Assembly: GCA_964007735.1 (NCBI GenBank)
Contig: CAXGAI010000033.1
Location: 1 to 50,704, forward strand
DNA length: 50,704 bases
Direction: 5' to 3'
Source: an uncultured Rhodopirellula sp.
GTDB lineage: Bacteria; Planctomycetota; Planctomycetia; Pirellulales; Pirellulaceae
A program made the position numbers and the translations under genes. This document shows positions 10,442-19,752 of the stretch, piece after piece. The notes below the pieces were generated by a model. That model saw only the letters and a program-made list of their open reading frames with translations, made no database searches and had not been told where the DNA came from. The number at the start of each line of letters is the position of its first letter. Position 1 is the stretch's first letter.

Positions 10442-11902
10442 ATGGACCCATTTTTCAAAGACGATCGTCAGGTGATGGATCGACGGCGATGGCTCACCAG
10501 CACGGCAGCCGCGTTTCAGGCGGCTGTTCTGACGGACCTTTTTTCCAAAGATATCTTCGGGATGGAAACACCGCAGGTTAGATCCACCTTTGATTTGAAG
10601 CCGCAGCCTACACACCACGAACCCAAAGCAAAGAGTATCATTCATCTCTTTATGAATGGCGGTCCCAGCCAAATGGATCTATTTGATCCGAAACCGGAGC
10701 TTGATAAACGCCACGGCCAGCCCTATTTTAGTGAGTTGGCATCGGAGGTTGAAAACCCAACGGCGGCCGGTGCGTTGATGAAGTGCCCGTATAAGTTCTC
10801 GCAGCACGGTGAGTCAGGACAGTGGGTCTCGGATGCGTTGCCGCATACGGCTGAAATCGTGGATGAACTGGCAATTATCAAGTCAATGTACACGACAAAC
10901 TTAACCCACGAACCGGCCTTGTTTAAAATTCATGGAGGGCAGGAACTGCCGGGGATGCCCTCGATTGGAGCGTGGGTTTCTTATGGATTAGGCACCGAGA
11001 ATCAAAACCTGCCGGCCTATGTAGTACTGGATGATCCGCTAGGTTTGCCGGTCAATCAATCTCAGAGTTGGCAATCAGGTTTTCTGCCTCCGGTTTATCA
11101 GGGGACTCGGTTTCGCAGTACCGGTGAGCCGGTCTTAAATTTGAGTCGCGACTTTGAACAAACCGATAAAGTGACGAGTCTTGAGCAGGAGTTGATTGCC
11201 GGGTTAGATAGGATTCACAAGAATAAACGACCAAGGCAATTGAGACTGGATGCCCGCATGGCCAGCTATGAATTGGCGGCTCGTATGCAACTGGAAGCTA
11301 CAGACGCATTGGATCTCGCCAAAGAGACTCAAGAAACGCTCGACATGTACGGTATTGGTAAAGACACGACAGATTCCTACGGTCGTCGTTGTCTGTACGC
11401 TCGCCGATTAGTAGAACGAGGTGTTCGTTATGTACAGCTGTATATTAATTTTCAGATTTGGGATAATCATACGGGGCTAACGACCGGGTGTAAGGGTGCT
11501 TGTGACCGAACAGATCGTCCAATTGCGGGATTGATTCGTGACCTGAAACAGCGTGGATTACTGGATTCAACATTGGTTGTTTGGGGAGGCGAGTTTGGTC
11601 GGTTGCCGATTGCTCAACTACCGGCCAACAAAGATACAGCCAACGCCGGGCGTGATCATAACAAAAATGCCATGATCACATGGATGGCTGGAGGTGGAGT
11701 CAAGTCGGGAGTTTCTATTGGTGCTACCGATGAGCTCGGATTTGCTGCCGTGGAAGATCGAATTTCAGTAGCGGACTGGCACGCTACCATTTTGCATCAA
11801 CTTGGGTTGAACTATGAACATCTCTACTTCGAACGTAATGGCCTGAAAGATCGGCTCACCAGTGTCGAAGAAGCTCACCTTATCAAGTCAATCTTGAAAT
11901 AA
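10442..11902 (+). CDS. DUF1501 family protein (second paralogue)
   Basis: DRRRWL twin-arginine-like motif; IHLFMNGGPSQMDLFDPKP, WDNH, GEFGRLP, GRDHN; RBS GAGGA. Confidence 0.92.
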   Translation: MDPFFKDDRQVMDRRRWLTSTAAAFQAAVLTDLFSKDIFGMETPQVRSTFDLKPQPTHHEPKAKSIIHLFMNGGPSQMDLFDPKPELDKRHGQPYFSELASEVENPTAAGALMKCPYKFSQHGESGQWVSDALPHTAEIVDELAIIKSMYTTNLTHEPALFKIHGGQELPGMPSIGAWVSYGLGTENQNLPAYVVLDDPLGLPVNQSQSWQSGFLPPVYQGTRFRSTGEPVLNLSRDFEQTDKVTSLEQELIAGLDRIHKNKRPRQLRLDARMASYELAARMQLEATDALDLAKETQETLDMYGIGKDTTDSYGRRCLYARRLVERGVRYVQLYINFQIWDNHTGLTTGCKGACDRTDRPIAGLIRDLKQRGLLDSTLVVWGGEFGRLPIAQLPANKDTANAGRDHNKNAMITWMAGGGVKSGVSIGATDELGFAAVEDRISVADWHATILHQLGLNYEHLYFERNGLKDRLTSVEEAHLIKSILK

Positions 11903-12026
11903 CCTTTTGCTCCGCACAGGCATGCACTGACTTCAATTTGAGCTAATAACGTCTATTCGCCCGCCTTGGTTTCAGCATACAATAGAGGCACCGTTATTCG
12001 GAAACAAATGATAGGAGAATTCCACT

Positions 12027-12593
12027 ATGCTTAAGCGAACGTTCATTGGTGTATTTGCAGTAATGGCAATGGCAACTGCCATGGCTGTATCTGCAGCGGA
12101 CGCGCCGGCAGCATTAAACTTTAAAGCCAAAGACATTGATGGTAAAGAAGTTAATCTGTCTAAGTACAAAGGGCGTGTTGTACTCGTTGTAAATCTGGCA
12201 AGCCGCTGAGGTTTGACCCCTCAATACCTGCAGTTGCAGGGTCTGCACAAGAAATATAATGCTAAGGGTCTTTCTGTTGTGGGGTTCCCCTGCAACCAGT
12301 TTGGAAAGCAAGAGCCGGGTACAGAAGCACAGATCAAGGAATTCTGTACTTCGAATTATCAGGTTGAATTTGATTTGTATTCGAAAGTCGATGTAAACGG
12401 CGATACAGCTCACCCGTTTTATAAGCATATTACTAGCCAGGAAACAAAGCCCAAGGGTGCCGGGAAGGTTTCCTGGAACTTTGAAAAATTCCTCCTCGAC
12501 CGAGAAGGAAATGTGATTGCTCGATTCGAACCGCGTACAAAACCAGACGCGCCGGAATTGATCAAATTGATTGAAGCCCACTTAGCGAAGTAA
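12027..12593 (+). CDS. gpx: Exported glutathione peroxidase family selenoprotein (188 aa, Sec at codon 61)
   Basis: ORFs 12027-12209 and 12213-12593 share a frame and are separated only by TGA 12207-12209. Read-through gives VVNLASR-U-GLTPQY (family consensus NVASxCGxTPQY), followed by GFPCNQFGKQEPG and WNFEKFL. RBS AGGAG and a signal peptide precede. Confidence 0.9.
12210..12250 (+). promoter_or_regulatory. Putative bacterial SECIS element
   Basis: Hairpin GT-T-GCAG-GGT-CTGC-AC (12233-12248) with bulged U and G-containing loop, starting 23 nt after the UGA. It closely resembles the E. coli fdhF upper SECIS stem as I recall it (GGUUGCAGGUCUGCACC). An alternative fold is CCTGC-AGTT-GCAGG (12227-12240). 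Confidence 0.7.
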
Positions 12594-12616
12594 CGCCGGC
12601 TCCATCAGTCCTACAT

Positions 12617-12657
12617 AAAGCCGTGTGCCACATTTGGAGTGGCGGACGGCTTTTATT
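12617..12657 (+). terminator. Probable Rho-independent terminator after gpx
   Basis: AAAGCCGT..GCCAC-loop-GTGGC..ACGGCTTT followed by a T-rich tail. Confidence 0.7.
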
Positions 12658-12690
12658 AATTATCATCCCCATCTATTGCCGTAGACTAAC

Positions 12691-14259
12691 GTGAACGCAG
12701 AAATCTCCGCTATTATCAACCTGATCTCGCAACCCCCCTCGCATCAGCGATGGCCGGTGGCTGTCGAAACGTGGTTTAGCGGTTGTGAGCATCACGAACT
12801 GTCTGAACTTGTTGACGCGCTACTGCAGCAAGAGCCGCCTCTTCCCATGGATCCAGAGGAAGCGAATTGGGGGCGCTTATTCGAACATATGCTCCAGCGT
12901 CAACGTACCGATCTCGCCGCGGAATCTGGCATGGAAGAGCCTTCGGTAGAGAAATTGTGTGCCCTCTATGAATTTCTTGGTCCGGCAAGTCAGGTGCGGC
13001 ACTTATTGCTGGCATTACTTGCTCAGCGTTCGAATCCATTGAGCATTGAAACGATGGTTTCAATGCTCATCGAAAGTCCGCCGATTGAAGTAAGCGGATT
13101 TGCGATTGCCTTAAGTCCGTTCTTGCAACGCGACACAAACTGGGACTTGTTGTTTCCAAGATTGTTTCAGGCACTGTCTCACCCCGTAGCAGCCTCAGCT
13201 ATTCTCGATCTATCAAATTTCATTACGCGGCAAGGAAAAGTACCGCAGCATCCAGCCGTTAAATTAGTGGATCAATTAGAGCAATTACTTAAGGGAGTGG
13301 TAAATCAGCTGGCAAGTATCGAAGATGGCTCCATCACGAAGACGGCGATGCATCTTACCCCTGAAGAGATAGCTTCTCAGGTTAATGAAGGTATTGCGTT
13401 AGCCTCGGCTTTGTGTGACGCGATTGCCCTGATTGGGGATGCAGATAAAACAACAGCATTGTTTCAGGCAATGGACCTTGCTCATCGTCGGATACAGTCA
13501 GAAGCTGCCGCGGCACTTGTAAGGCTAGGCATTGAAGCGGGCTCCCAACGGTTAGGCGGCTTGGCTGAGGAACCAAGTGTTCGTTTGCGAGTTCTCGCCT
13601 ACGCGGAAGAACTCGGCATTCTCAGTGAAATTCACAGCCAACACAAATCGTTACAAGCTCGAGCCGAAGGGGCGTTGGCACTCCATTTGGCAGAGCCTCA
13701 TGTCATGGGGCTGCCACCTACTAAGTTGGAACTCCATGACCATTCACAAAGATACTGGCCCGGCTTTGAAGATGCTCAGCAATGCTTCCTATTTAAGTAT
13801 GAGTATTCACTGGGTGGTGAGCCGTTTTGCAACATTGGTATAGGCGCTCCGGAAGTATTAAGTTCTGGTACTGATCTTACCGAGCTATCCGTGGACGATT
13901 TGTATGCATACTTTGCTGGAAAGATTGTTTCGCATACGGATATTTTTGAGATGCCTGCAGATGATCTTGATTCGCAAGCACAGGTGAAGACGACGAAATA
14001 CCAACAGCTTTTACAGGAGGCTGGGTACGAAGAGGTGTCCGCGAGTACGTTTGGATTCTTCTTTGAATACCAGGCATTAGCCGGAACGGCCCGCAAAGGT
14101 GACCAATTTGGCGTCGTCGTTATTGATGATGCCGGCATCCTGTGGTTCCAGCATACGTCAAAGCAGCGCGCAATGACTGCCGACGACGCTTACTATGTTT
14201 ACAAAGGTCGTAAGTTATTTGAATCCTTTGAGGCTCTAGCGGAATCAGTTGATGAATAG
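12691..14259 (+). CDS. Hypothetical protein, alpha-helical/HEAT-like repeats
   Basis: 522 aa ORF, Leu/Ala-rich helices such as HRRIQSEAAAALVRLG and EPSVRLRVLAYAEELG. Confidence 0.75.
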   Translation: MNAEISAIINLISQPPSHQRWPVAVETWFSGCEHHELSELVDALLQQEPPLPMDPEEANWGRLFEHMLQRQRTDLAAESGMEEPSVEKLCALYEFLGPASQVRHLLLALLAQRSNPLSIETMVSMLIESPPIEVSGFAIALSPFLQRDTNWDLLFPRLFQALSHPVAASAILDLSNFITRQGKVPQHPAVKLVDQLEQLLKGVVNQLASIEDGSITKTAMHLTPEEIASQVNEGIALASALCDAIALIGDADKTTALFQAMDLAHRRIQSEAAAALVRLGIEAGSQRLGGLAEEPSVRLRVLAYAEELGILSEIHSQHKSLQARAEGALALHLAEPHVMGLPPTKLELHDHSQRYWPGFEDAQQCFLFKYEYSLGGEPFCNIGIGAPEVLSSGTDLTELSVDDLYAYFAGKIVSHTDIFEMPADDLDSQAQVKTTKYQQLLQEAGYEEVSASTFGFFFEYQALAGTARKGDQFGVVVIDDAGILWFQHTSKQRAMTADDAYYVYKGRKLFESFEALAESVDE

Positions 14260-14812
14260 CGAAATACAGGAGCCGGTAAAAGCTATTTCTGACGCCAGAT
14301 CTAGTTCGAAAAGTCCGCTGCGGATACTTGTAATGATGTTGGCTGTTTTGTTTGGTCTGCTCGTTTATCAGAACTTTCGGCCAACCGAATATGATGAATT
14401 TATAGGTCAGAAGTTTGATTACAGTGGTGTAAGTTACTCGGGTAAAGTTATCAACAGAGAAAGCCTTCAGGGATCTGTTGTTGTTGTAAATTTTTGGGCA
14501 ACATATTGTCCGTTTTGCTTGGAAGATATTGAGCATTTAAAAGATCTTCAGCAAGCACTTCGTCATAATGATTTCAAGATTCTTGGCGTCAGTTCGGATA
14601 CGCGGGAATTGTTGAACGACTTTTTCCAGGCGAGAGAGATGTTTCCATGGCCGTCGCTTTATGGAAGTGACGCCGTCAGTTTGGGGAAAACGTATAAAGT
14701 ATCGACCATCCCTCGAGTTATGTTATTGGATCGTGAGGGAACAATTATTGCGGTTGCCAGAGGAATTGATGATATAAAAAGCAAGGTGTTGGAGCTGGTC
14801 TACAATGGTTGA
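14252..14812 (+). CDS. TlpA/ResA-like membrane-anchored thiol-disulfide oxidoreductase
   Basis: N-terminal TM helix, VVVVNFWATYCPFC (CxxC), cis-Pro motif TIPRVMLLDREG. Overlaps the preceding stop. Confidence 0.88.
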   Translation: MNSEIQEPVKAISDARSSSKSPLRILVMMLAVLFGLLVYQNFRPTEYDEFIGQKFDYSGVSYSGKVINRESLQGSVVVVNFWATYCPFCLEDIEHLKDLQQALRHNDFKILGVSSDTRELLNDFFQAREMFPWPSLYGSDAVSLGKTYKVSTIPRVMLLDREGTIIAVARGIDDIKSKVLELVYNG

Positions 14813-14881
14813 CATTCTCAGCAAACGGGTTTCCCGTTAGGCTATATGTAACACTGGATAAAAATTAAATTTGAGATGTGA

Positions 14882-16156
14882 ATGAATAAGCCGAAAAAGC
14901 AAGAAGAAACAACGAGTGACGCAACGCAGTCGGAAATCGGCTTTGCGGATATGGATCTGACCGACGAGATGATGAAATCGCTGGAGCGGGCAGGTTATGA
15001 ATTGCCCTCGCCAGTTCAGGCAGGGGTTATTCCATCTGCGTTAGATGGGCTGGATGTAATGGGACAAGCTCAGACTGGTACCGGGAAGACAGCAGCTTTC
15101 GCAATTCCAATTCTGGAACAGTTAGCACCCCGAGAAGAGATCTCGAGTGTTCAGGCGTTAGTTCTTGTACCTACTCGTGAGCTAGCAGTTCAAGTTCGTA
15201 ATGAATTTGAAAAGCTCGCCTACTTCATGGATATCAAAACAGCGGCGATTTATGGAGGGCATTCAATTAAGAAGCAAATCGAGGAATTAAAGCGAGGCGT
15301 TCAGGTGGTGGTTGGTACGCCAGGACGCGTGCTTGATCATATTCGCCGTAAGACTCTGGATCTGCGTGAAACCTGGTGCGTTACTCTTGATGAAGCTGAC
15401 CGCATGCTGGATATTGGTTTCCGTCCCGACATCGAACGGATCCTTAGCAGTATTTCTCGCAAAGATCGTCAGACATTACTACTGAGTGCAACGGTGCCGC
15501 CGGCGATCGAGCGGCTGGCCAAGCGATATATGCATGATCCAACCGTACTCGACTTTTCTAAAGATGCTGTATCGGGTGATAGCATTGAGCAGTATTATTT
15601 CTCAGTGGATAAAGCTAAGAAATTTGAGCTGCTCCAGCGACTCATTAATCGTGACGAACCTGAGCAGGCGATTATCTTTTGCCGCACGAGGCGTGGCACT
15701 GACAAGTTGGCTAAAAAATTGAAAGAATCGTTTCCGAACGTGGGCTGTATTCATGGAGATATGAACCAGCCGGTACGAGACCGTGTAATGAAGAAATTCC
15801 GTGACGAGCGACTTAAGGTTTTAGTTGCCACGGATGTTGTAGGTCGAGGAATCGATGTGAGTACCATTTCCCATATTATCAACTTTGATACACCGGAAGA
15901 TTGCGATGATTACGTACACCGTATTGGTCGGACCGGGCGAATGGGGAAAGAAGGAGTTGCCTACACGTTTGTATCTGAAGACGATGGTGAGTTACTGACC
16001 CGTATTGAAGTTCGTATCAACCAACTGCTCGAACAGGTTTATATGGAAGGTATGGAATTGAAACGTGAAGTAAAACAGGATGTAAACCCTGAACGCTTGG
16101 CTGCCGTTGCAGCGATGCGTGGTCGGGGGCCGAAAAAGCATCGACGGAGATTATGA
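14882..16156 (+). CDS. DEAD-box ATP-dependent RNA helicase
   Basis: Q motif, AQTGTGKT, PTRELA, TPGR, LDEADRM, SAT, HRIGRTGR. Confidence 0.96.
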   Translation: MNKPKKQEETTSDATQSEIGFADMDLTDEMMKSLERAGYELPSPVQAGVIPSALDGLDVMGQAQTGTGKTAAFAIPILEQLAPREEISSVQALVLVPTRELAVQVRNEFEKLAYFMDIKTAAIYGGHSIKKQIEELKRGVQVVVGTPGRVLDHIRRKTLDLRETWCVTLDEADRMLDIGFRPDIERILSSISRKDRQTLLLSATVPPAIERLAKRYMHDPTVLDFSKDAVSGDSIEQYYFSVDKAKKFELLQRLINRDEPEQAIIFCRTRRGTDKLAKKLKESFPNVGCIHGDMNQPVRDRVMKKFRDERLKVLVATDVVGRGIDVSTISHIINFDTPEDCDDYVHRIGRTGRMGKEGVAYTFVSEDDGELLTRIEVRINQLLEQVYMEGMELKREVKQDVNPERLAAVAAMRGRGPKKHRRRL

Positions 16157-16157
16157 G

Positions 16158-17756
16158 ATGAATCAACGGTTCCAATCATCTGAAAGCCTGCTTGGGCTGT
16201 TGGAATCGGGGATTTTTCTGACATTTCTGCTGCTGATAGTGGTAGTAGGTTGTGATTCGAAGGAAACGGCCGTTTCTGATTACCCATCGGGTGCTACCTC
16301 TTCACAGCAGGATCAAGACGTAATAGATCTTCCGCCCCCCCTCACCAACAATACAACACGGCCCCAGCAGTCTTCCGAGACTCAGCAAGCCATCATGTCG
16401 GGCGAACCTTCTACGACCCCCCCGGCAATGGAGCCGGAGGATCAAGTAAAAGTAGCCCCATTGCCCCTCCAATTTCAGGGGCCCGATGCTACAGCCAGAG
16501 AACTTAAGATTGATCCTGAGCGGCTCACGGCTAATGGAATTAGAACGCTCAGCGGCAAAAACCTTATTCTGCATACCGATATTCCATTAGATGAAGAACT
16601 TCGCCGTTGGCCGGTCGTTTTTGAAAAAGCAGTAGAACAGCTTTGCGACTATTTTGATGTCGATGTCGTCGAAGTTGATCAATGGCAGGTACGAGCTTGT
16701 GTTATTCAAGACATGAACAAATTTAAAAATGCGGGTTTATTGCCTCAAGCACTACCTGAATTCCAACATGGTTATGCACTAGGTGACCGCATTTTTCTTA
16801 AGGAACAACCAAGTCAATACTACCGCCGTCATTTGCTAATACATGAGGGAGTCCATTCCTTTATGCTGCATTTCTTCCAGGGAGCCGGCCCTCCATGGTA
16901 CATGGAGGGTATGGCTGAGATGTTGGCGACCCATGAGTTGGTTGGGCAGCAAGTGCACCTTCGCAGTTTCCCGGCAGACAGGACAGCCGTCCCATTTTGG
17001 GGACGAGTGAAAATTATCAAAGACGATGTGGCAGTCCGTAAAGGGAAGATGATCGAAGAGGTGATGCAATATGGTAGTAATGCTCATCTCAACGTGGAAG
17101 CCTATGGATGGAGTTGGGCTGCGACAACTTTTCTGGACCGACACCCGGACTTTCAGACAACATTCCGTCGTCAGATTGAAAAAGCCGGTGATTCATCGCC
17201 GCAGTTTTCACTCGATTTGGTCGAAGCCTATGGTGATCAATGGTTGCGAGTCCGCCAGCAATGGCAGCTGTTTATCATGAACATGGAATATGGATATGAT
17301 ATTGTTCGGGAAGCGATTGACGATGTTGAAGTAAGGCCATACGCACAACTGCCCGAGGAGCAGACGATCCAAGTCCAAGCCGGTCGAGGCTGGCAGTCTA
17401 CGGGGTTAGCGGTTACGAAAGGCATGAATATTCAGTTAACAGCCAGCGGGCGATTTATCATCCATCAGGAAAAAGATAAAGCAGGGCAGGACGTAGAAAA
17501 ATGGGAATCGGAGCCAAGTGGAATCACCATTCAGTATTACAAAGGCAATCCACTTGGTAAGCTGTTGATCGCTGTCGACAATCTAAATCAGACAGGGCTC
17601 ACTGGATTGGTATCTTATGCGGCAATAGGTGGTGGTGGAGAAATGGAGATTCCCTATGATGGTGTACTCTACCTGCGTGTAAATGACTCGCCTGCTGAGT
17701 TGCATGATAATCGCGGTGAGATCGAAGTTAAATTGTCGTTGATGGAGGGGAACTAA
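16158..17756 (+). CDS. Putative lipoprotein zinc metallopeptidase (gluzincin/DUF1570-like) with C-terminal beta-sandwich
   Basis: Lipobox-like VVVGC, Pro/Gln linker, HEGVH followed by PPWYMEGMAE. ATG 16158 follows the helicase stop. Confidence 0.7.
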   Translation: MNQRFQSSESLLGLLESGIFLTFLLLIVVVGCDSKETAVSDYPSGATSSQQDQDVIDLPPPLTNNTTRPQQSSETQQAIMSGEPSTTPPAMEPEDQVKVAPLPLQFQGPDATARELKIDPERLTANGIRTLSGKNLILHTDIPLDEELRRWPVVFEKAVEQLCDYFDVDVVEVDQWQVRACVIQDMNKFKNAGLLPQALPEFQHGYALGDRIFLKEQPSQYYRRHLLIHEGVHSFMLHFFQGAGPPWYMEGMAEMLATHELVGQQVHLRSFPADRTAVPFWGRVKIIKDDVAVRKGKMIEEVMQYGSNAHLNVEAYGWSWAATTFLDRHPDFQTTFRRQIEKAGDSSPQFSLDLVEAYGDQWLRVRQQWQLFIMNMEYGYDIVREAIDDVEVRPYAQLPEEQTIQVQAGRGWQSTGLAVTKGMNIQLTASGRFIIHQEKDKAGQDVEKWESEPSGITIQYYKGNPLGKLLIAVDNLNQTGLTGLVSYAAIGGGGEMEIPYDGVLYLRVNDSPAELHDNRGEIEVKLSLMEGN

Positions 17757-17868
17757 AGATTTGGGCTAGAACCCGATTGACGATTAGCGACTTGGATTTA
17801 ACAATTTGATAAGGAAAAGGCCACGGCGGCCTCACGTGTTTGTAAGAGAAGGTTTGGTTCAACAACCC

Positions 17869-19113
17869 ATGAGTATACTGAAGTCACAAGATCCATCTGT
17901 TTTTGCCTCCATTCAAGCCGAAGAAATTCGTCAACGGACAGGGCTGGAGTTGATTGCAAGCGAAAATTATACCAGTCGTGCAGTGATGGAAGCTTGCGGC
18001 AGTGTCTTAACCAACAAATATGCCGAAGGTTACCCCGGTCGCCGTTACTATGGTGGTTGTGTGCACGTTGATACCGTCGAAACCATTGCGATAGATCGAG
18101 CAAAGGAGTTGTTTAACGCCGAGGCAGTCAATGTTCAGCCGCATTCGGGCTCGCAGGCAAATACGGCCGTTTATTTATCATGTTTAGAGCATGGAGATAA
18201 AGTTCTTGGACTAGATCTCGCTCATGGGGGGCACCTGACACATGGAATGCACCTAAATGTTTCCGGGATTTTGTACGATTTTGTCAGTTACGGCGTGGAC
18301 CCGGAAACTCACAGACTGGATATGGATCAGGTTGCAAGTTTAGCGAAAGAACACAAGCCGAAGTTGATCGTTGCGGGTGCGAGTGCTTACCCCCGTGAAA
18401 TACCTCACGAAAGGTTTGCTGAAATTGCAGAAGATGTCGGTGCAAAGCTCTTTGTCGACATGGCACACTACGCCGGTTTAGTAGCATCTGGGGTTCATCA
18501 TAACCCTGTCGATTGTGCAGATTTTGTGACGACAACCACTCACAAAACCCTTCGTGGTCCTCGAGGTGGGATGGTGCTGTGTAAAGCAGAACACGCTAAA
18601 GGGATTAATCGCAGTGTGTTCCCCGGACTTCAGGGCGGGCCTTTGATGCACATCATTGCTGGCAAAGCTATTTGTTTTGGTGAAGCCCTAACCGATGATT
18701 TCAAAGTTTATGGTCAACAGGTGGTCGACAATGCGAAAGCTCTAGCCGAGGCGCTGATGTCAGCCGGGTTAACACTAGTAAGTGGTGGAACGGACAACCA
18801 TCTGATGTTGGTAAATGTTTTTGAATCCTTGGGTATCGGAGGCCGGACCGCAGAAGAAATTCTGGATCAATGTAGCATTACCACGAACAAGAATATGTTG
18901 CCATTCGACGAGCGTAAGCCAAATGATCCATCAGGTGTTCGTATTGGAACACCCGCCATGACTAGTCGCGGTATGGGTGTAGATGAGATGGTGAAGGTCG
19001 GTAAGTGGATAGCTACAGCTTTAAAGAGTCCGGAGGATTCTGTTTTGCATCAAAGTATCAAAAATGAAGTGGCTGCGCTGTGCGAGCAATTCCCTGTTCC
19101 CGCCGATCAGTAA
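17869..19113 (+). CDS. glyA: Serine hydroxymethyltransferase
   Basis: [36 protein letters not shown] lysine motif [14 protein letters not shown]. Confidence 0.98.
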   Translation: MSILKSQDPSVFASIQAEEIRQRTGLELIASENYTSRAVMEACGSVLTNKYAEGYPGRRYYGGCVHVDTVETIAIDRAKELFNAEAVNVQPHSGSQANTAVYLSCLEHGDKVLGLDLAHGGHLTHGMHLNVSGILYDFVSYGVDPETHRLDMDQVASLAKEHKPKLIVAGASAYPREIPHERFAEIAEDVGAKLFVDMAHYAGLVASGVHHNPVDCADFVTTTTHKTLRGPRGGMVLCKAEHAKGINRSVFPGLQGGPLMHIIAGKAICFGEALTDDFKVYGQQVVDNAKALAEALMSAGLTLVSGGTDNHLMLVNVFESLGIGGRTAEEILDQCSITTNKNMLPFDERKPNDPSGVRIGTPAMTSRGMGVDEMVKVGKWIATALKSPEDSVLHQSIKNEVAALCEQFPVPADQ

Positions 19114-19236
19114 CAAGTATTATGGTCCTTTCTTTGTCGGACATAATTAATATTTAGTACGATATAAGTGTTCCTCACTGGGTTCGAGTTGAGCTCGATG
19201 GGGATTTAAGAAACCCCACGCCTTTAGGCTAAAACT

Positions 19237-19674
19237 ATGGCACAGACCAATCGAATTTTGATTGCAGACGATAATCAGGCGAATTGCGAACTCTTGGATG
19301 CTTATTTAGCAGATCTGGATTGCGAAGTCGATTTTGCTAGCGATGGCCAAGAGACGCTGGATAAAGTTCAGGCATTTAATCCAGACCTCATTTTACTAGA
19401 CATCATGATGCCGAAGCTGAATGGCTTTGAAGTCTGCCAGCAGATAAAGTCGGATCCAGAACTCAAGGGTACGATGATCCTCATGGTGACTGCCCTGAAC
19501 GAGCGTGGAGATATTGAACGTGCCGTTCAGGCTGGTACAGATGATTTCCTTTCGAAGCCCGTGAATCAAATTGAATTGGTCAAGCGAGTGGAGAACATGC
19601 TTAAGCTTAAGGGAGTGACGGACGAAGTTGAGAGACTGCGAAAATACATCGAAGAGATGGAACAGCGGCCTTAA
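19237..19674 (+). CDS. Stand-alone response regulator receiver protein with coiled-coil tail
   Basis: ILIADD, PDLILLDIMMP, MVTA, DFLSKP. Confidence 0.92.
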   Translation: MAQTNRILIADDNQANCELLDAYLADLDCEVDFASDGQETLDKVQAFNPDLILLDIMMPKLNGFEVCQQIKSDPELKGTMILMVTALNERGDIERAVQAGTDDFLSKPVNQIELVKRVENMLKLKGVTDEVERLRKYIEEMEQRP

Positions 19675-19752
19675 GCTCGAAGCCTTCATGTTTTGAATAG
19701 ACAAATCCAGATGACCCAAACTAACCATCGTCGAATCAATGATAGAGCAAAG

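Noticed and set aside
12207..12209. TGA as evidence of a pseudogene or of a UGA=Trp/Gly genetic code
   Set aside because: The codon is at the catalytic Cys position with a SECIS-like hairpin behind it. TGA serves as a normal stop elsewhere (14810-14812, 16154-16156), and no other gene is interrupted.
17757..17868. ZTP or glycine riboswitch upstream of glyA
   Set aside because: Only a small hairpin (AGGCC..GGCCT); I could not find the conserved riboswitch motifs.
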